From Candidatus Heimdallarchaeota archaeon (lineage in GTDB: Archaea; Asgardarchaeota; Heimdallarchaeia; JABLTI01): a stretch of 23,104 nt of DNA. Under the pieces are notes generated by a model that ran no database searches, had not been told where the DNA came from, and worked only from the letters and a program-made list of their open reading frames with translations. Positions 19,180 to 23,104 of this stretch are shown here, one piece after another. The stretch is from contig JAHLVW010000046.1 in assembly GCA_019058275.1 (NCBI GenBank), positions 1-23,104 of the forward strand, in the 5' to 3' direction. Made by a program: the position numbers and the translations under genes. Position 1 is the first letter of the stretch, and every line of letters begins with the position of its first letter.

Positions 19180-19467
19180 TCATTGTAAATACTTGAGTTT
19201 GGTTATTCTTCCTTCTTTGCAATCGCTTCTTGCTTCTTCAATTGATTTCAGATAATCTCCACCGGGGATAGATACTTTAAATGTTGTGATGAATGGAGGG
19301 CTATCAATTGGTAGTGGTTCAATTTCAAGATATAGCTCAGTTGCTTCTTGGAGGTTTGCTAATGCTTCTTCAATGGTTTTCCCTTGACTAGCGGTTTCTG
19401 TTTGAGGACATTTTGATATGAAGTAATCTCCCTCTTTGTATATAACTGCTGTGAGAATGTATTCCAT
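19180..19467 (-). CDS. hicB: HicB-like antitoxin domain fused to the tail of a different antitoxin
   Basis: ASQGKTIEEALANLQEATELYL. The last 25 aa match the C-terminus of the 20727..20921 protein. Confidence 0.75.
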   Translation of the reverse strand: MEYILTAVIYKEGDYFISKCPQTETASQGKTIEEALANLQEATELYLEIEPLPIDSPPFITTFKVSIPGGDYLKSIEEARSDCKEGRITKLKYLQ

Positions 19468-19527
19468 TTACATCAATAAACAATAAAACACTCATACTCA
19501 TTAGTTTTTCTTATTTTTATAAGACCT

Positions 19528-19920
19528 TCATTGTGGCAAAAGTTTCTTCTCTTTGAGATAATCTTTCATTGTCTTGATATATTTTTCAGCTAACTTTAAT
19601 TGTTCTGTAGCATCAGCTTCTGTTATTTCTAATCCTACACCATAATCCCCCTCTAATCGTCTATCATAAGCTTCATTTAGTATTTTTCCAAATTCCTTAG
19701 CTAATTCACCTGTTCTAATGAAATACTTCCCGAAAAAGCTGATTGTTCCTTTATGAGTGGAAGTAGTTATGTTCTTAGTTAAGAGGAGAGCTTCAGTAAT
19801 TGCATACATAGCATAATAGCATCTAGAAAGGCAGCTAGCATAATCTCCATCTTCAAGTACTAGCTTTGCTGTTTTAAGAAATCTTTCCGCTTTAGTGATG
19901 AAATCAGCCAGTTCAGACAA
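19528..19920 (-). CDS. HEPN-domain protein (MNT-HEPN pair)
   Basis: SRCYYAMY, THKG and RRLEGDY. Confidence 0.88.
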   Translation of the reverse strand: MSELADFITKAERFLKTAKLVLEDGDYASCLSRCYYAMYAITEALLLTKNITTSTHKGTISFFGKYFIRTGELAKEFGKILNEAYDRRLEGDYGVGLEITEADATEQLKLAEKYIKTMKDYLKEKKLLPQ

Positions 19921-20236
19921 TTGAGATTCCTTCCTCTTTCACCGTTAAAATGAATGGGGATTGATAATTGTTATAGAATGATTCCGGAACAACTATTACC
20001 GAAATTAGCTCATCTTTTTCCATTAAAATCTCCCATAAAATATCACTCAGGCTTTTTCTTACTGTAATTCGATCCAGCTCATCAGAGATCACAACTAGCA
20101 AATCAATATCTGAATCCTTTGTAGGTTCCCTTCGAGCTTGTGAGCCATATAAAAGGATTTCTTTAACCTTTTGTCCATAAATTTCAAGTAAGTAATTTTT
20201 AACTGGTTCTAAAATTCTTGCTAGTTTTTCATCCAT
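19913..20236 (-). CDS. Minimal nucleotidyltransferase (MNT)
   Basis: LYGSQAR and DSDIDLLV (GSx10DxD). Confidence 0.9.
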   Translation of the reverse strand: MDEKLARILEPVKNYLLEIYGQKVKEILLYGSQARREPTKDSDIDLLVVISDELDRITVRKSLSDILWEILMEKDELISVIVVPESFYNNYQSPFILTVKEEGISIV

Positions 20237-20352
20237 AAGTGATCACTCAATTTACTACCTAATCCAGTAGTTGTTTATATATAACCACTGAATAATAATA
20301 ATTATTTCCAGTTTATAAAAACATTCACTAACCAAATGATTGAGAAATAAAA

Positions 20353-20427
20353 GATGTTCAGGTTACACACTTCTTCTTTAAGGACTAGAAGTCCAGTTCG
20401 GGAAGGACACGCTTCAACGATAAGTAC
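20353..20427 (+). repeat. Array boundary repeat, copy 13
   Basis: gatgttcaggttacacacttcttctttaaggactagaagtccagttcgggaaggacacgcttcaacgataagtac. Confidence 0.93.
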
Positions 20428-20478
20428 ATTTAGGTTGAATGCTTAATCGAGGATTCTACTAACGATAAATATTGCAAA

Positions 20479-20730
20479 CTATTGATAAATCGTTTTTCGA
20501 TGACCTACTCTCAAAATTACAATAATTCTATCATCTAAATCAAAAATGACTCTATAATCACCAATTTTGAATCTAAAGGAGCCAAGTTTCGGATTTGTTA
20601 ATTTTTTTGCATGTGCTAGCGGATCTAATTTGCATTCTCTCAATTTCTGAATAATTCTATCCTTTACTTTTTGTTCAAGTTTCTCTAGATCCTTGACAGC
20701 TCTTTTAGTAAAGACAATTTCATATGTCAA
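20479..20730 (-). CDS. relE: RelE/ParE-family toxin
   Basis: FTKRAVKDLEKL, RFKIGDYRVIF and LRVGHRKTIY. Confidence 0.9.
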   Translation of the reverse strand: MTYEIVFTKRAVKDLEKLEQKVKDRIIQKLRECKLDPLAHAKKLTNPKLGSFRFKIGDYRVIFDLDDRIIVILRVGHRKTIYQ

Positions 20731-20921
20731 GGTAAATCCTCGAGTTTTGTTATTTTTCCTTCTTTGTAATCTTTTCTTGCTTCCACTATTGATTTTATAT
20801 AGTCTTCACTTGACAGTCCGAGTATGTCTTCCAATAAATCTTCTACTACGTCATTTACTGTTTCTTTTATGAGTTTTTGTAATTCTTCAGCAGTCATATC
20901 CTTTACTTTTACTGTCATCAC
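20727..20921 (-). CDS. Cognate antitoxin of the RelE toxin
   Basis: VKDMTAEELQKLI and EARKDYKEGK; directly upstream of and overlapping relE. Confidence 0.8.
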   Translation of the reverse strand: MMTVKVKDMTAEELQKLIKETVNDVVEDLLEDILGLSSEDYIKSIVEARKDYKEGKITKLEDLP

Positions 20922-21060
20922 TATTCACTAACTTATAATTCTGCTTTCACCTTAAAAAAACTCTTGGATATTATAATAATTCTCTTAGCATCTCTTATTT
21001 CAAGTGAAATTATGAAATATAAATCAAATTGAGTATATTAATAACAACAAAATCAATCAA

Positions 21061-21137
21061 TAATGATGCTCTGGACACACACTTCTTCTTTAAGGGGTAG
21101 AAGTCCAGTTCGAAGGACACGCTTAAGTAGCAAGTAC
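21061..21137 (+). repeat. Array boundary repeat, copy 14
   Basis: taatgatgctctggacacacacttcttctttaaggggtagaagtccagttcgaaggacacgcttaagtagcaagtac. Confidence 0.92.
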
Positions 21138-21372
21138 AATCTTCTTTGAATCTACTCCCTTTAAGCTAGATATATTATTGTTCAAACTGTTTTGTATAAA
21201 AAAATCTGGCACACCAAAACATAATGAAAAAGAAGAGATTAAAATTGTTGGTTGTATTACTTATTTTCTGATTTTCTGACTTAATTTATCAGTAACAAGA
21301 TGATAAATCTCTTTAGAGAAAAAGGACCTAAAAAGGAAAATTGTTTTGAGAGCTTGTTAGAGTTGGTTGCCA

Positions 21373-22170
21373 TTAACTAATCTTCTCTCCAACAACTTTA
21401 GGAGAAAGAGAACCGAGGTTGTAGCTCTCTGCTTCAGTTAAGTGTTGAATTTCTTCTGGCTTAAATCCCATGATTCTAGCCATCGTAGCATCTGTTGCTA
21501 CAGTTGTTTTTCCTATTATGAACCGATCTAAGCGTCTCGATTTTGGTCCATTCCAACCTTCAAGAGCCACTCTAGCATCAACTATACAAAAATCAGGTTG
21601 AATAAATCTGTTCAAATCAACAATAACATCATTAATATGAGGATGATAGAATGATTGATCCTTTCTGGGGAGTAAACCAAAAAGATTCTTCAGAGTCCCA
21701 GTCAAAGTGGTCAAATAGTGAGTCTTTGCAACAGCTAAAGAAATGAAAAAATGTGGATCAACTAGAATATCAGGAAAATTTGGATTCTTGAAATAATTTC
21801 CTTCGAAATCAGTTTCAATTGTTGGGGACTGGCTAAGATTGATTAATGATACATCAAAACCAGCCAGCTGCATCGTTTCTTCTAAATTTCTATAACCGAA
21901 TTTTTCAAAAGCTTCATCAGCGAATTTACTCATACTATCTGACTCTACAATTTTAATTGATAAATCCCGGTCTTCTTTGAAAATTAAGTTTAATAAAGCT
22001 TCAACCACCCGAACATCATTTACAGCAAAGCCAGTTTTGTCATTTAGAGTACAGATATTTGGTTTGATTATAACAGGCGATTTCAAATCTTGAAAACCAT
22101 TGATAAGTTCAATGCCCATTTTTAGAGACTGTTCAATATTGTTCTCATCTTTCACCAAAGCTACAACCAA
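21373..22170 (-). CDS. DUF362-family protein
   Basis: VIIKPN, AKTH, TGTLKNLFG, IVDA and VATDA. Start probably TTG 22170 after a GGTGA RBS (track gives 22206). Confidence 0.85.
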   Translation of the reverse strand: MVVALVKDENNIEQSLKMGIELINGFQDLKSPVIIKPNICTLNDKTGFAVNDVRVVEALLNLIFKEDRDLSIKIVESDSMSKFADEAFEKFGYRNLEETMQLAGFDVSLINLSQSPTIETDFEGNYFKNPNFPDILVDPHFFISLAVAKTHYLTTLTGTLKNLFGLLPRKDQSFYHPHINDVIVDLNRFIQPDFCIVDARVALEGWNGPKSRRLDRFIIGKTTVATDATMARIMGFKPEEIQHLTEAESYNLGSLSPKVVGEKIS

Positions 22171-22300
22171 ATCAATCACCTTAAGAAATTCGTTATTTAA
22201 TAGCACTTCCGGATAATTCTTATGGATATCTAATTAGATTTTAAATTTTTCCCGAAGCTCTTCTACATCCATATAAACTTCAGTAAAATAAATAAAAAAC

Positions 22301-22396
22301 TGTAGAATACTCGGGCCTCGCTTCTTCTTTCAGGTCTAGAAGTCCAGTTCGGGAAGGACACGCTTAGGTGGTAAGTACCCTATGGCTAAGTATCTC
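22301..22396 (+). repeat. Array boundary repeat, copy 15
   Basis: tgtagaatactcgggcctcgcttcttctttcaggtctagaagtccagttcgggaaggacacgcttaggtggtaagtaccctatggctaagtatctc. Confidence 0.93.
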
Positions 22397-22490
22397 ACAA
22401 TTATAAACTAATTTTTGAAAAGAATTTATGTTTTTTTCAGATTTGAGAACATCAATGATTTTATATCATAAAATAGATAATATAAAGTAG

Positions 22491-22721
22491 ATGAAAATGA
22501 ACATAAAAACAATTGATTTAGATGAGGAAACGTACAAAAAACTTCTTACGGAAAAAAAGAAGGATGAAACAGTAGCTGATGTTGTGAAGAGACTATTGAT
22601 TAGCAGAAAACAAAAGTCCTTACTGGATTTTGCAGGGATTTGGAATCTTACTGATGATGAATGGCAGAAATTGCGACAGACACTTGAGGAATTTAGGAGC
22701 CAACTAGATGTTATGCTTTGA
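22491..22721 (+). CDS. vapB: Archaeal VapB-type antitoxin
   Basis: KTIDLDEETYKKL, ETVADVVKRL and LLDFAGIW; overlaps vapC. Confidence 0.8.
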   Translation: MKMNIKTIDLDEETYKKLLTEKKKDETVADVVKRLLISRKQKSLLDFAGIWNLTDDEWQKLRQTLEEFRSQLDVML

Positions 22722-22971
22722 TAGTGATTTTATCATTGACTTTCTGAGAGGAGAAAATGCAGCAATTGAGAAAGTAAAATCATTAGAGAAAGAGGGAATT
22801 GAATTAGTAACAACAGCAATAAATAGTTTAGAAGTATTCGTTGGAATTTTGGTAATAGATTCACCCAAAAATCGGAGAGTGATTCAAACAAAAGAATTTC
22901 TAGAATCACTAGTAGTATTACCATTTGATAAGGATGCATCTGAAAAAGCAGATATTATAATAAATAGCTTG
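22708..22971 (+). CDS. vapC: VapC PIN-domain toxin; 3' end lost in poly-A sequence
   Basis: CFDSDFIIDFLRG, TAINSLEVFVG and LPFD. Confidence 0.82.
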
Positions 22972-23104
22972 AAAAAAAAAAAAAAAAAAAATAAAACACA
23001 TATAATTAAAATAAAAAATAAATAATAAAAAAAAAAAAAATAATAATATTAAAATTTTAAAAAAAAAAAAAAAAAAATTTTAAAAAAAAAAAAAAATAAA
23101 AAAA
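22972..23104. other. Low-complexity poly-A tail, probably a read-end or assembly artefact
   Basis: Almost entirely A/T with long A runs, and it interrupts vapC mid-domain. Confidence 0.75.

Noticed and set aside
22207-22272. In-frame upstream extension of the DUF362 gene through a TAA (MDVEELREKFKI*)
   Set aside because: The domain looks complete from 22170, which has its own GGTGA RBS.
120-22396. The repeats as a CRISPR array
   Set aside because: Intervals are 0.55-5 kb and contain genes, the repeats are degenerate, and no cas genes are present.
120-22396. The repeats as canonical attC sites
   Set aside because: No conserved RYYYAAC/GTTRRRY pair on either strand, and cargo genes face both ways. 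A covariance-model search is still needed to exclude this formally.
22972-23104. Poly-A tail as a biological feature (retro-insertion or Lys-rich C-terminus)
   Set aside because: It sits at the sequence end, is irregular and cuts vapC, which is typical of low-quality sequence.

Overview
AT-rich window, most likely archaeal and plausibly Asgard (GGTGA/GGAGG RBS, oligo-T terminators, archaeal-type TA genes; taxonomy is inference). The whole window is an array of about 15 unrelated modules of 0.55-5 kb. They are separated by 15 co-oriented copies of a degenerate ~45-110 bp intergenic repeat with core CACACTTCTTCTTTAAGGTCTAGAAGTCC(A/G)GTTCGGGAAGGACACGCTTAGGTGGTAAG. The layout resembles an integron cassette array, but the repeat lacks attC R-boxes, genes face both ways, and no recombinase is in the window. 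Cargo: nine toxin-antitoxin modules or remnants, a candidate defence module (PycTM-like membrane effector, MBL-fold hydrolase, TPR-CHAT protease), surface and membrane proteins, a RIO1 kinase beside a truncated CocE/NonD fragment, and DUF362 and DUF6144-like proteins. Several cargo genes carry nonsense codons or frameshifts. The last ~130 nt are low-complexity poly-A, probably an artefact. All family assignments come from motifs recognised by eye, not database searches.
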